From positions 32,001 through 96,000 of the IMG/VR virus record IMGVR_UViG_3300032282_006300: a DNA stretch of 64,000 bases. One strand, given 5' to 3'. The notes beneath the pieces are model-generated. The model had not been told where the DNA came from, ran no database searches, and was given only the letters and a program-made list of their open reading frames with translations. Origin of the DNA: a virus. Made by a program: the position numbers and the translations under genes. Shown here piece by piece: positions 34,238 through 45,200 of this stretch. The number at the start of each line of letters is the position of its first letter. The first letter of the stretch is position 1.

Positions 34238-36235
34238 CTAATTTCGCCATCCGCGAGATGGGTTTCTGTTCTTACCTTTACCATCTTTACGATTAGAAGC
34301 AAATCCAGACATTGAAGACATTTTTTGGTTTTCGCTTAGATCGTTGCGCATTCTTCCAAACGGGTCAATACCTCCTTGGAGAGCCGCTGTTGGTCTAAAA
34401 TTAGCCATGTCTGCATGAAGAAAGTTGTTCACCTGTTCACCAATCAACACATGGATGCATTCTGTCATACAGTCTGCAATGTCTTTAGATTGAACTGGAC
34501 CGGCAGATGGGTGGTCAACTCGACCGTTTACCATTTGAAGGAATCGTAATTCTAACTCTGCCCGTTCATTGTAGGGGGCGTGAACCAATCCCAAGTTAAT
34601 CGCGGCCTTAGAGTTTTCTTTTACCTGCCAATCGTATTGGCGCGTTGCAGTTTTTTCAAAAACATTGATGCGTTTGGGAAGATTGCCATTACGAACCATT
34701 CTTTGAAGTTTTTGAATAGAAGATGTTGAGTTGTATTGGTCAAAAGTAAATTCTTCTGGATAAAATTTGGAAATAATATTGTTCCACAAAAAATCATCTA
34801 CATATTCGTAATCAATAATACCATCTTCAAAAGATGCGGGATCAAAATGTCCCAAAACGTCAAACACACAATGTTGACGACCTTCTTCGTCAATTTCTGC
34901 GTGTGCAATGGCGTAACCAAATTTGTCGTTAACCTTTGAAGGGTCGGCATGGCCCTTGTAATTGTAAATCAATAAACCGCTTGTTTGTTGAACAATTTCT
35001 GGAGGTCCGTATTTTTCGGGACGTTCATTCCACGGGCGGAAAATTTGAGTAACTTTATCTGGGTTCAAATAAGCGTCAATGGTTGCCGCAAATTTAGATT
35101 CACGTTCAACTGCAAAAGTTTCAGGATTGGCTAATTTAAGCCTTTCCATCTGCTCGTCGAATGCTTGAATGGCTCCACGCAGAGGCTTAAACTTTGGCGG
35201 TGGATCATTTTTGTAAATGTAATCTGGTGCATCTCCGTCAAACAAATAAGGAAACACATCTATTTCGTGGGCAATTTCCCAATCAACGTAAATGTCCCAA
35301 GAAGCCAATTGAACCATCATAATTTCTGGATATACAGGTTTTCCTCTTAAATCAATTTCTAAAGAGTTTTTGTAATTTTCGTAGAATTGACCCATCATCT
35401 GCCAAGGGCTGGATGGTTCAATAATGAACCCGTATTTACCGAATTGGTCAAGGGCGGGGGTAGAAGCCTGATAAACCTCTTCAGCAGACCTGTTAGCGCC
35501 AGAGTTGACAACGTGTGCCATCTCGTCAAAAGCCATCATAAAAGCCGTAGGACCACGACCGGCCATCAAAGTTGATTCTTTTGGCAAAATTTCAAAAGTG
35601 GCTATATCAAGATCTGTTTTGATTCCCTGAGTTTTAAGTTTTTTCATTCTTAATTCATCGTTGGGAGCATAGATACTTACCTTTTCAGCAAGCAAATTTG
35701 AAACATAAGGCCCAAAACAAGTAGAGCCGGTAATAACATTTGCTAGGTCCCGCCACACCGTTGCTTTTGCCTGATCACGCTTACCGGCGAAAACTAGACC
35801 CACCAGTTTCTTGTCTCGGTCAACACCAAAATGTGCTTGTGGGTCAGCATTTTGCATGTAATTCCATAAAACATATGCCATTGCTAGAGCCGCAATATGT
35901 CCTTTACCGGCACGACGGCCCATGACCAACAATACTTCACGAAACCACGGATAGCCCTGTTCCCGCAGGTAATTCATCCGTTTTACAATTCCGGGGACAA
36001 TACCGTTGTATCCCGTTTGCTTAAAGTTTGTTTCCCATTCGTTGATGACTTTGTAATCATATTCCGTCAAAAGGTCTGTACGAAGAAATATGATTTTTAA
36101 TAGCGTTGCTTGACGTGGATATAAATTGGGTCGATTTAGATAATCCGGACTAATTACAAAAGTAATTGGGTCGGGAACTTTTACGCCCGTAATCTTAATA
36201 TGGGCGTTTAATGCTTCGTTATCTAAAATACTCAA
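34238..36235 (-). CDS. terL: Terminase large subunit
   Basis: LYPRQ, Walker A GRRAGKG, Walker B AFDE, nuclease HADPS..D, TFDQYNS, KDIAD. Confidence 0.9.
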   Translation of the reverse strand: MSILDNEALNAHIKITGVKVPDPITFVISPDYLNRPNLYPRQATLLKIIFLRTDLLTEYDYKVINEWETNFKQTGYNGIVPGIVKRMNYLREQGYPWFREVLLVMGRRAGKGHIAALAMAYVLWNYMQNADPQAHFGVDRDKKLVGLVFAGKRDQAKATVWRDLANVITGSTCFGPYVSNLLAEKVSIYAPNDELRMKKLKTQGIKTDLDIATFEILPKESTLMAGRGPTAFMMAFDEMAHVVNSGANRSAEEVYQASTPALDQFGKYGFIIEPSSPWQMMGQFYENYKNSLEIDLRGKPVYPEIMMVQLASWDIYVDWEIAHEIDVFPYLFDGDAPDYIYKNDPPPKFKPLRGAIQAFDEQMERLKLANPETFAVERESKFAATIDAYLNPDKVTQIFRPWNERPEKYGPPEIVQQTSGLLIYNYKGHADPSKVNDKFGYAIAHAEIDEEGRQHCVFDVLGHFDPASFEDGIIDYEYVDDFLWNNIISKFYPEEFTFDQYNSTSSIQKLQRMVRNGNLPKRINVFEKTATRQYDWQVKENSKAAINLGLVHAPYNERAELELRFLQMVNGRVDHPSAGPVQSKDIADCMTECIHVLIGEQVNNFLHADMANFRPTAALQGGIDPFGRMRNDLSENQKMSSMSGFASNRKDGKGKNRNPSRGWRN

Positions 36236-36472
36236 TTAAATATCCTCCATGTTTTCAAGCATACCGGCAATGGACCAAGGGTTGGCAAAAGAGTTTGGTA
36301 CTCTATGTCCACAATCTTCAAATCTAACGACTCCTTGAACACCCAAAAATTCGTTATCATCCGTAAAGATGATTTCATTACAGACACCCATTTTACCAGA
36401 AAAGATTTCACAAATAGGGCAAAATTGTTCAGGTAAATCTAAAACAATGTATTCACCTGGAACAAGTGCCAC
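36236..36472 (-). CDS. Small Zn-ribbon protein
   Basis: CPIC...DCGH. Confidence 0.6.
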   Translation of the reverse strand: MALVPGEYIVLDLPEQFCPICEIFSGKMGVCNEIIFTDDNEFLGVQGVVRFEDCGHRVPNSFANPWSIAGMLENMEDI

Positions 36473-36481
36473 TTTGACCCC

Positions 36482-36901
36482 TTAATGATTGTGTGACTGC
36501 TTGGCCAATGCTTCCATCATTGCCTTGTCCGCCTTAATGATACCACCGGTACCAAGATCCAAAATGTCATTAGTGACCTCGTGAACCTGACGGTCTCGGT
36601 CAAACACAAATTTGTTTTCGGTACGACCTTTGATGACAATTTCAGGCATCTTAACTTCTGCCATGTTCGTTTCATACCAAAGAACATCTACAACAAAGCC
36701 AATTTCGTAGAAACGTTCTTTAATCTCACGCTGAAAAGAATCATATTCAATACTGCCTTGCGCTGTACGCGCTTTGAGCATATTCAAAATTTTTTCAATC
36801 TCGAGAATTTCAGTATCGTGGATGTCCATAGTTTTAGTGACATCGTCAGCACCGGCATATCCACCTTCTGGCGGGGTTTGACCTAAAATAGGGATATTCA
36901 T
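36482..36901 (-). CDS. Hypothetical protein
   Basis: 139-aa ORF, AAGGA RBS. Confidence 0.7.
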   Translation of the reverse strand: MNIPILGQTPPEGGYAGADDVTKTMDIHDTEILEIEKILNMLKARTAQGSIEYDSFQREIKERFYEIGFVVDVLWYETNMAEVKMPEIVIKGRTENKFVFDRDRQVHEVTNDILDLGTGGIIKADKAMMEALAKQSHNH

Positions 36902-36910
36902 TTAGTTTCC

Positions 36911-37636
36911 TTAACTTTCTATGATTTCTGCATCTTGGATTGGCTCAATTGCAACTATTTTTTGAGCCTGAGTAATTGCGTCTTGATTTAGTTTTTCTCG
37001 CAAAGCAAGCATGATTGGATGTTGCTCAATCTCTCGCCCGTATTCGGATAACATATCAATTGGAATATAGCGCATCGCTACATCCATGTGAACCATGAGA
37101 ACATCGCGCCAAACTTGAACGTCAACGTTTTCATCCATATCTTTGTCTAGTTGTTGAAGCAGTCGGGCCGCCGCAATAACTTCTGTAACTGAGGGTTCAG
37201 CGGTGCCGTCACGCAACATCTCATAGCCACGTTGAACAATCATCCGGGCTACAAGAGTTTTGTCTACAACAACGTCTTCATCTTCTGATAGATTTTGACC
37301 AATTGCCTCTCGGTGTTGATCAAGCATTGCTTGTCGCAATTCGTCGGTAAGAGACAAATGCTTATTTTTTCTGTGCGAAGCAATAGATTCCGCACTGGGA
37401 AAATCAATGGGGTCTTCCCCAGCAATGGTAGTGAAAGGCCTCAAGTGTCCTAAAATTGTCGGAGCAGACAATCCCGAAGCAAGTCCTTCTTCGATCTGGT
37501 CACGGTAAGGACTTTGACAAGTGTGGCATTGAGGCACACTTCTTTTGGTTTCATAAATACGATTGCCTGGAAGTGCTGTTCGCACTAAAGAATTGATTGT
37601 AAAATCTTCATCATCGCTCATTTTGATTAAGTCCAA
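36911..37636 (-). CDS. Zn/HTH protein, candidate terminase small subunit
   Basis: CHTC..R..IE..L..G.S...H...H then helical region; upstream of terL. Confidence 0.45.
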   Translation of the reverse strand: MDLIKMSDDEDFTINSLVRTALPGNRIYETKRSVPQCHTCQSPYRDQIEEGLASGLSAPTILGHLRPFTTIAGEDPIDFPSAESIASHRKNKHLSLTDELRQAMLDQHREAIGQNLSEDEDVVVDKTLVARMIVQRGYEMLRDGTAEPSVTEVIAAARLLQQLDKDMDENVDVQVWRDVLMVHMDVAMRYIPIDMLSEYGREIEQHPIMLALREKLNQDAITQAQKIVAIEPIQDAEIIES

Positions 37637-37950
37637 ATATCATAAGTAAATGAGCCCGCCGAATCGTAATCAACTTTTGTTGATTTTCTAGCGCCTCCGG
37701 GAACACCATCAACACTATTTAAATGAGGCTTTGTTCTGTTGATAGTTCGGTGGAACATGCCCGAACGAGTAGATGAATCTGGTGAACCACTACTTGTGTA
37801 AACTTCTTTTGATTTGCGGTTTTGTTCTTTCCACGGAGTCAAAATATCGCTTTTTGCACTCTGGCTGGTTACGCCTTCCAAAGATTCTTTAATCAAGCGA
37901 TTTGCTTCTTCTTCTAATTGGGGGTGGATACCTGAACGAACATAGTTCAT
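37627..37950 (-). CDS. Hypothetical protein
   Basis: Packed ORF. Confidence 0.65.
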   Translation of the reverse strand: MNYVRSGIHPQLEEEANRLIKESLEGVTSQSAKSDILTPWKEQNRKSKEVYTSSGSPDSSTRSGMFHRTINRTKPHLNSVDGVPGGARKSTKVDYDSAGSFTYDIWT

Positions 37951-38297
37951 AAGTTTACCTTTGCTTTTTCGGAATATCGAATAAGTTCTTTATTTTCGAT
38001 CATGACGCATAATCGTTTCAATCCATCGGTTGCATACATAGCAACAGGATTAGTATCTGATACACCCATCATTCGTGCGACTTCTTTTTCTTTGATATTT
38101 TCATAAAGAAAAAGTTCAATGGCTTCTTGTTGACGTGGCGCCAATCTGTCTCTGCACGAATAAATATACTGAACATCAAAAAGGCAATAATCTAAACCGT
38201 CAGGTCCCAGGATAACTTCCGGTACTTCAGAAGCCTCATACAACGATTCCCAAGATTGAAGATTTCTCAATAATTCTCTGAGAATTCTTACTTCCAC
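37947..38297 (-). CDS. Sigma-70 region-4-like HTH protein
   Basis: LAPRQQEAIELFLYENIKEKEVARMMGVS...V....GLKRL. Confidence 0.8.
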   Translation of the reverse strand: MEVRILRELLRNLQSWESLYEASEVPEVILGPDGLDYCLFDVQYIYSCRDRLAPRQQEAIELFLYENIKEKEVARMMGVSDTNPVAMYATDGLKRLCVMIENKELIRYSEKAKVNL

Positions 38298-38414
38298 TTG
38301 TTACCAGCGTCACCTTCCCTGGCTCCGTAAATTGATCCCCCTGTAGTCGGAGGTTGTGTATATCACTGTGCTAATACTAAGGGTAGTTCTACCTTTTACG
38401 CAAGGCGAGAAATA

Positions 38415-39083
38415 TCAATATGTCAACGTGTCTTTGAGCCTTTGTCCAAGAAGTTCTAAGATCCCAACAATGGCATCAGCCCTCTTGGAAAGAAGGGTTC
38501 TAAAAATGGCAAAATAACGTTCATCTTGAGAATAAAGACGGCCTTTTTGTGTGCGATCATCAACCGTCAAACGACCTTCAGGAATGCTAAAACCAAGAGC
38601 GAGCGCCTCTTCCCATTGAGCCTTTGCAAACATGGCTTCTCCCCACAAATCTGCAGAAGTTTGCTTCCATTCGAACAAACCTGTGGTAATCCTGAACAAG
38701 AAATTCTCTTTTTGCCGATCTGTTAAAACAGAATAATCTTCAATGTAAGATCCAGCATCGTTTCTTTTCCACACAGGCAGTCCATAACGATCTACAGTAA
38801 TTTCACCTGTTTCTGGATTGTATTCTTTTTCTCGGATCAGTTCCCAGACATCGTTCATCACAATAAAAGGTTCTGGCAATAATTTCAAAATCTGGGTATC
38901 CACGATGTTCTTTATATCATTGATTTTTTCCCGATCTTGGCCTCCCCAAGCGGTCCTCATACGAGAAAATCCCGGGGTTTTAAGTTCTTTGGTCTCGTCC
39001 TCGTGGACGCGAACTTCAGTTAGCCGATCTGATTCTTTTGAAATTTCGGCAACAACTTGGTCCATCGTTTTTTCATCGCTCAT
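38415..39083 (-). CDS. Hypothetical protein (helical C-terminus, possibly recombination mediator)
   Basis: 222-aa ORF in recombination cluster. Confidence 0.6.
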   Translation of the reverse strand: MSDEKTMDQVVAEISKESDRLTEVRVHEDETKELKTPGFSRMRTAWGGQDREKINDIKNIVDTQILKLLPEPFIVMNDVWELIREKEYNPETGEITVDRYGLPVWKRNDAGSYIEDYSVLTDRQKENFLFRITTGLFEWKQTSADLWGEAMFAKAQWEEALALGFSIPEGRLTVDDRTQKGRLYSQDERYFAIFRTLLSKRADAIVGILELLGQRLKDTLTY

Positions 39084-39609
39084 TTTTAACCCTTAGATCG
39101 TGTAAGTAAGTCAACCCTAGCATAACCGCATCCGAAGTGTGTTGGTTCCAGATTTTGGGTAAATTATTTTTGTCCAAACCCAGAATTTCTTCAACAGCCT
39201 TTTTAACTTCTGATTTGCTAGACCTAGTTTTTAGCCCAATTACCTTTTTTGCATGTGTATTAGAAACAGAAACAATTGGAATTTTTAATCCAATATTGTC
39301 TATCGCTTGATTGATCAAAAAAGCCGCGAGCAAAGACGATTCTGTTCTATATCCTCTAACCGCAGGCATCTCATAAATAATGGCGTCCACATTGTGTACG
39401 TGATCTGGTTCCATAAACCATTTATGAAGTTCGTTACCCAACTCTATGGCTCTTGCGATAGTAGAATCAAAACCTTTAAGTGGCTCAATTCTTTTAAAAA
39501 CTTCGGTATAAATCAATTTTGGTTGATCTTTATTTTCGATAATAGCGATGCCTGTATTGCCAAGGGTTTGATCGAAAGCGATTAACTTTCCTTTAGCAAA
39601 ATCATACAC
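39073..39609 (-). CDS. ruvC: RuvC-like Holliday junction resolvase
   Basis: IAFDQTLGNTG, IIYE, KK..G...SSK, DAV; start moved to GTG 39609. Confidence 0.75.
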   Translation of the reverse strand: MYDFAKGKLIAFDQTLGNTGIAIIENKDQPKLIYTEVFKRIEPLKGFDSTIARAIELGNELHKWFMEPDHVHNVDAIIYEMPAVRGYRTESSLLAAFLINQAIDNIGLKIPIVSVSNTHAKKVIGLKTRSSKSEVKKAVEEILGLDKNNLPKIWNQHTSDAVMLGLTYLHDLRVKNER

Positions 39610-40459
39610 GGTCAATGCTCCGAGTAATCTGTCGAATCTCGCAAGAAGAAGCGGCGCAATTTCGCGCTTCTTTGCTTTGAATTGCACAACAAGGCTCTGG
39701 GGGAACGCCCATCTTAACGTGGTCTCGCACTAAACGATATTTTTGTTCCGTAGCCAAAGCCACCTCTGGGTCATATTCAATATGAAATTCTTTAGTTGAC
39801 CACGGATAAGATGTGGTCATAAACAAAACAATAAAATTGGGTAGTTTGCTCATGCGCATGTATTCTTGAACCTGAGCATTATAAACTGGATACTTCTTTT
39901 TAAATGCCTCTATGTCGTTATCTGAAATCATTTCTAGAGACCTTGGGTTGGAAGATTTAAATTCAAATCCAGCATTCATCAGGGCTGGATTGACAATGCC
40001 ATCCATGTGTCCACGACTCATCAATTCATTATCTGCGACACCATGCTCGTAGCATTGACCCTTTTTCTTGCCAATATCCTTAGAGCAAGCAGGACACAGA
40101 CCTTCTTGTGGTGCCACCAATGCCCCACAGTCAAGCAACAATCGTTCCATAAAGGCGTGCATCATAGTTCCGATGGTGACAGACATACGACCTTCTGCCG
40201 AAAAGGGTTCTGGATCCCAATTCTCTCGTTCGGTGATGTAGTAATACAATTGCCTTGCGCCCATGAGTGGGTGAGTTGATGGGTGAAACCAGCCATCAAC
40301 ATGGCTTGCATCAAACTTCTTTTGTTTACGGGCCGGAATTTTCATTTCGAAAGATTCATACTCGCCCTTTTTTAACTGGGCAAGCAATAAGGGCGTAAGC
40401 ACCAAATTGTTGGATGTTTGGGAAATTAATTTGCGAAATGCTGGGCTTGGCTTTGTCAT
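39602..40459 (-). CDS. Cas4-like PD-(D/E)xK exonuclease
   Basis: FHPS, GTMMH, GHMDG, FEFKS, QVQEYM, C-terminal Cys cluster. Confidence 0.8.
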   Translation of the reverse strand: MTKPSPAFRKLISQTSNNLVLTPLLLAQLKKGEYESFEMKIPARKQKKFDASHVDGWFHPSTHPLMGARQLYYYITERENWDPEPFSAEGRMSVTIGTMMHAFMERLLLDCGALVAPQEGLCPACSKDIGKKKGQCYEHGVADNELMSRGHMDGIVNPALMNAGFEFKSSNPRSLEMISDNDIEAFKKKYPVYNAQVQEYMRMSKLPNFIVLFMTTSYPWSTKEFHIEYDPEVALATEQKYRLVRDHVKMGVPPEPCCAIQSKEARNCAASSCEIRQITRSIDRV

Positions 40460-40818
40460 TTTTCTACTCCATTAGCGCGGGCGATTAAAGCGGCGGCATC
40501 ATGGGCATCCATGACAACGAGGTCTAAACCGATATCTAGTCTTTCTGAATCGTACCATCTTAACGCGAGCATCGGACGTTCACCATGTGCTTGTTCTACG
40601 GCTTTTTCCCACATCTCCCGGGTCACACCAACGGACTTACCTAGCGTGCTCTTGCCGTCCCACGCAAAGGCAAATTCAACTTCCATGCGAGATGTACGGC
40701 CGTCCATTTGGTTGTGCCATTGATTGCCTGATCCACGAGTCTGACGACCACCAAGGAGACCTACAAGATCTTCTTCGTGCTTGTCTGACATACGCCTTTT
40801 CAATTTACTATCGCTCAT
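40456..40818 (-). CDS. Hjc-like PD-(D/E)xK resolvase/nuclease
   Basis: HE..L...LGG....GSG....MDG...DGKST; start moved to MSDSK 40818. Confidence 0.7.
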   Translation of the reverse strand: MSDSKLKRRMSDKHEEDLVGLLGGRQTRGSGNQWHNQMDGRTSRMEVEFAFAWDGKSTLGKSVGVTREMWEKAVEQAHGERPMLALRWYDSERLDIGLDLVVMDAHDAAALIARANGVEK

Positions 40819-41141
40819 TGAGCAACAACTTCCGCAACACCTTCTTGACAAAAAAACAAGGGTGATGATTTTTCTGTTGCTGGCCATAGCAAAACTTTCT
40901 GGCCTGGAACCAAACGTTCTCCGTGGCAAGCGCAATAAGCCTTGTGCGAAAGAGATGATGGGCTGTAGTTCATCCAGCGAGGAGGGTTGTTTTCATTGAT
41001 GGCCAAAGGCTCATCTTCAAATTCAATTTTGCTCTCTTTGTTGCTCAATTTACCAAAAGAATTAAACAAAAGGATAAAGGCAACAAAAGCCAAACTGGTG
41101 ACAACACCAAGCGCAAAACCGATCAGCGTATTATTCATCAT
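40815..41141 (-). CDS. Membrane-anchored Cys-containing protein
   Basis: N-terminal TM, CACH...FC. Confidence 0.6.
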   Translation of the reverse strand: MMNNTLIGFALGVVTSLAFVAFILLFNSFGKLSNKESKIEFEDEPLAINENNPPRWMNYSPSSLSHKAYCACHGERLVPGQKVLLWPATEKSSPLFFCQEGVAEVVAQ

Positions 41142-42225
41142 CTTCCTCTTCAAAAGAATTTTCAACATCGGGGATAACAGTATTACTCATGGTTTCAACC
41201 GCGGCTTTGCGAATTTCTTCCATGACATCAGGGTTGGCTCGCAAATAATCTTTAACTTTTGAAGCACCCTGAAATTTTTCTCCATTGGGCAAAGTAAGCC
41301 AAGTAGAGCCTTGAATAACGCCAGACAATTTACCAATAGTTACGGCCTCGTCTGCACGGTCAATTCCAATAGGGCCATATTCTTCAGTGTTTTGGTTGAT
41401 GATCCAAAACTCTGCTTTCTTACCCGGGGCTCCTACCTTTAACCGAGACACACGACCGGCTACAAGACGGCCAACAGCGATCTTGTCCCCATTGTCGTTA
41501 ATGTAAAGAGGTGTTTCTCCAGTGCCTCGCATTTCAACTTTGGCCGACGTTGCGTATTTAAGCGCCTTCGGACCGGCAGAAATATCTCCGCCCATACCTG
41601 AAAGGTTTGCTCGGTATTGGTTGATAAATACAACTGCGACATTTTCTTGACGAATCACAGGAGCAATCTTTTTTACCATTCGGGTAATAACCTGAGCATT
41701 GTTGCCCATAACTGCATCTTCTGCATTTTTGTCAAACGCTTTCTTGGATTCCATGCCTCCGATTGAATCAACAATGATCATGCTGAATAATCCTGAACGA
41801 CACATGCTACTGATCTGGTCTGACACATCTTCAGAATTGTCTGGATAAACGTGGAAAAAACGTTCGTCGGAAGTGTCAAGGCCATTTGCCTCAGCCCAAT
41901 CCCAATCAAAAGTCTGCTCCATGTCAATGTATCCGACAACCAGATTGGGACAGATTTTTTGAGCAGAAGCCATAGATGAAATTGCTAGGGTGGTTTTACC
42001 CACGCCCTCAACTCCAACAATTTCGCTAGAACGACCGCGCACCCATCCGCCTACGCGAAGGGCATAATCCAAAGACAAAGAACCTGTAGGAATTACATCG
42101 TAAGGTTTGACATGCTCTCGGCGCGTCACTCGTTGTTCACCGTAAGTCTTAATCATGTCCTCTCGAAACGAGGCCAGAGAATTCGGCTTCTTGTAAGGCG
42201 CTTTTTTGGGTTTAACTGGCGGCAT
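41131..42225 (-). CDS. recA: RecA/UvsX-like recombinase
   Basis: IPTGSLSLDYAL.VGG..RGR..EI.G.EGVGKTT, IIVDSI, FINQYR, ALKY. Confidence 0.95.
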   Translation of the reverse strand: MPPVKPKKAPYKKPNSLASFREDMIKTYGEQRVTRREHVKPYDVIPTGSLSLDYALRVGGWVRGRSSEIVGVEGVGKTTLAISSMASAQKICPNLVVGYIDMEQTFDWDWAEANGLDTSDERFFHVYPDNSEDVSDQISSMCRSGLFSMIIVDSIGGMESKKAFDKNAEDAVMGNNAQVITRMVKKIAPVIRQENVAVVFINQYRANLSGMGGDISAGPKALKYATSAKVEMRGTGETPLYINDNGDKIAVGRLVAGRVSRLKVGAPGKKAEFWIINQNTEEYGPIGIDRADEAVTIGKLSGVIQGSTWLTLPNGEKFQGASKVKDYLRANPDVMEEIRKAAVETMSNTVIPDVENSFEEEDDE

Positions 42226-45200
42226 ATTGTTCCTCTATTTTTAACGGCATCAATGATTGCATCGTTGCGCCTTTTTCGGTTTTCTTGATTTCAACCACAA
42301 AGAGTTCACCCTTTGTGAGGTATTGCTGGTATTGACGAAAATTTCCGGGGAAAATTGCAAAATCTACACTATCGGATTCTGTGTCTAATGTACAGAAAGC
42401 CATAGGATCGCCCTTGCTGGTCTTTGTGAAGGACACACGGGATAGTATGCCTCCCACCACGAAACTGCCTGTAAACGCCATCTGTGCCTTCTCAGCGGCA
42501 TCTCTGAGGACCGCCCTGTGTTCTGGATCAAAAACCTCAAATGGGGTACTCGTGAGATAGATGCCCAACAATTCTTCCTCAATGTGGCGAATCTCAACCT
42601 TTGAATAGTTGGACAGATCCTCAGCCAAAATCAAATCTGGCGCGGTGTAATTACGGCAAGCCAAAGAACAACGCTTAGGTGGGGCTTTGGGCTTTAAAAC
42701 CTTGCCATTTCTTGGGTTAACTGGTACTGGCTCCGATGCCCAATCAAAAGAGCAAGGAAGGTTGTGTTCGTTAAGAACATCTGATTTTGAAATACAACGC
42801 TTATCCAACCCAGCCTTTTTATCCTCAAGCATCTTTACCAGAGCGCGACGATTGGGTACGAGTGCGTCAAAAGCACCGATCTTGGCAAGCAGAAAACCAA
42901 CCGCGGAATTTGCGCCACTACGTTCCTCAAAATCTTCCCAAGAAAAATAGGGCTGGTTTTTTACAATATTTTCAACAGCGGCCGGTCCAATGCCTTTAAC
43001 TGAATCAATTCCATACAAAACAGAATTGCCAATGGCTCGAAAACCAGACTTGGACTGGTTAATGTCTGGTGGCAATACGTCAATGCCCAACTTCTGTGCC
43101 TCTTTGACAAATTCTGGAATACGGGTTTTATCAACCGTGCTGAACACACCGGAAAGAAATTCAATTGGGTAATTGTACTTTAGCCATGCGCACCAATATG
43201 CCAAAATCGCATATCCGTAAGCGTGGGCGCGATTAAACGAATATTTTGCAAACTCAGCCATCTGGCTCCAAAGAGCCTCGGCTTGAACTTTATTCATTCC
43301 ATTTTCTACAGCGCGGGAAACAAACTCTTTACCCGCGGCTTCTACTTCATCAACCTTCTTCTTACCGAGAATCTTGCGTACGCCGTCTGCCTCGTTAGAG
43401 TCATAGTTGGCAAGGATCATGCAAGTTTGCATAATGTCTTCTTGATAAATCAAAGCACCGTAAGTCTTTGACAAAACCTGAGCCAAACGTGGGTCTGGGA
43501 ACTCAACCGGGATATCTCCGTCCCTACGTTTTAAATACAAATCCGTCAATCCAGAATTCATCGGGCCCGGACGGACAAGCGTGATCAAGTCTGCAAGTTC
43601 TGCAAGATTGCACGGACGCATTTTTTTTGAATATTGGGTTCCTAGAGTGGTTTCAATCTGGAATAAACCCTTGGTTTGTCCCGCCGAAATCATTTCCCAA
43701 ACATCGGAATTTTCATACTCTTTTGCGCCCCACTTATCAAAATTGATAATTTCACCGTGGTTCTCTTTAATCAGGTCAATGGTTTCCTGCAACGTGTCTA
43801 GGCTTCGCAAAGTCAAAAGGTCAAACTTAATCAAACCCTGCTCTTCCAAAGCCTCCATGTCCCATTCAGCAACCATCTGGCCGTTTTCATCATCGCCATT
43901 ACGTAAAGGCAATGTTCCAGTCAAAGGCTCTTCGGTTGAAATAACGACACCTGCGGCGTGTTTGCCATAGGTCTTTAAACGGCCTACAAGAGCGTCAGAC
44001 ATATCAAAAAGTTCTGGATACTTCTGGCGGTACACAGACAACTCGGTCTCGTGTACGCTCCACAACTCGTCCCAAGGCAATCCCAAACCAGCAGTGCCAC
44101 GCTCTGCTTCTTCCACAAATTTAGAAAAAGCCTCAATGTCTGGAAAGTAATTGGAAGGCAAAGTGCTCTTTAACGCTCTGGCAACGTCTTTTACAACGCC
44201 CTTGCTCTTGAGCCTTAGATGGGTTCCAACGGTAACAACGTGGTCTTCTCCGTACCGACTGCTGACATAAGAAAGCAATTCGGCTTTTTTAGATGCAGGA
44301 AAGTCTACGTCAAAGTCTGGAAGGCTTGTTCGCCCTTCTGTCAAAAATCGCTCAAACAACAAGTCTGATTCGACTGGATCAATGCCTGTGATTCCCATCA
44401 AATAAGCAACCAACGAGCCACCGCCTGAACCACGGCCCGGCCCAACAAGAATGCCCTGCTCTTTTGCCCAACGACAATAATCTGCGACCATCAAAAAATA
44501 ACCACAAAAGTTCTTATCAATAAGTAACTTGGCTTCACGTTCAAAACGTTGAATGTAGATTTCTTGAGACTCTCGTTTGCCTTCGGTCTTCTTTTCCCAA
44601 GATTCTAAACACATATCTACTAAACGCTCAGCATCACGATCTGTTCCTCCGACCTTGGAGTAAGTAGGCGTGGTCTTCTTAGTTACCATCTTTGCTTCAC
44701 ACATATCAGCGATTCGCTGGGTGTTAGCAATAGCCTCGTCAACAGCATCTTGATCTAAATACGAAAGATTATTTCGCACTTCTTCTTCGGTTTGCAAATA
44801 TGCGTGCAAATCTTCGCCAAATAATTCTCGCTCGTCGTTTACATCCTTGTTTGTCTGACAAGCAATCCAAACATCGTGAGACTGCTTGTGTTCATGTGTT
44901 GGGTAATGGGAATCAACTACGGCCACTAAAGGAACCTTGAACTCCCTGCTTAAACCCACAAGTGCTTTATTGACTACAAACTGCTTTTCTAATTGGTTGG
45001 AATGAATTTCCAAATAAAGGCGATCATCAAAAATATTCAACAATCGGGCGAGATTTGCTCGCGTAGTATCTTCATCACCCGCCAGAATGGGAACACTCAA
45101 AGGTCCTCGCAAACAAGCAGTGGAAACAATGACGCCTTCTGAATGGCGTTCTAAAGTGTCCCAATCAATCCGAGGGCGGTAATAAAAACCTTCGCGGTAA

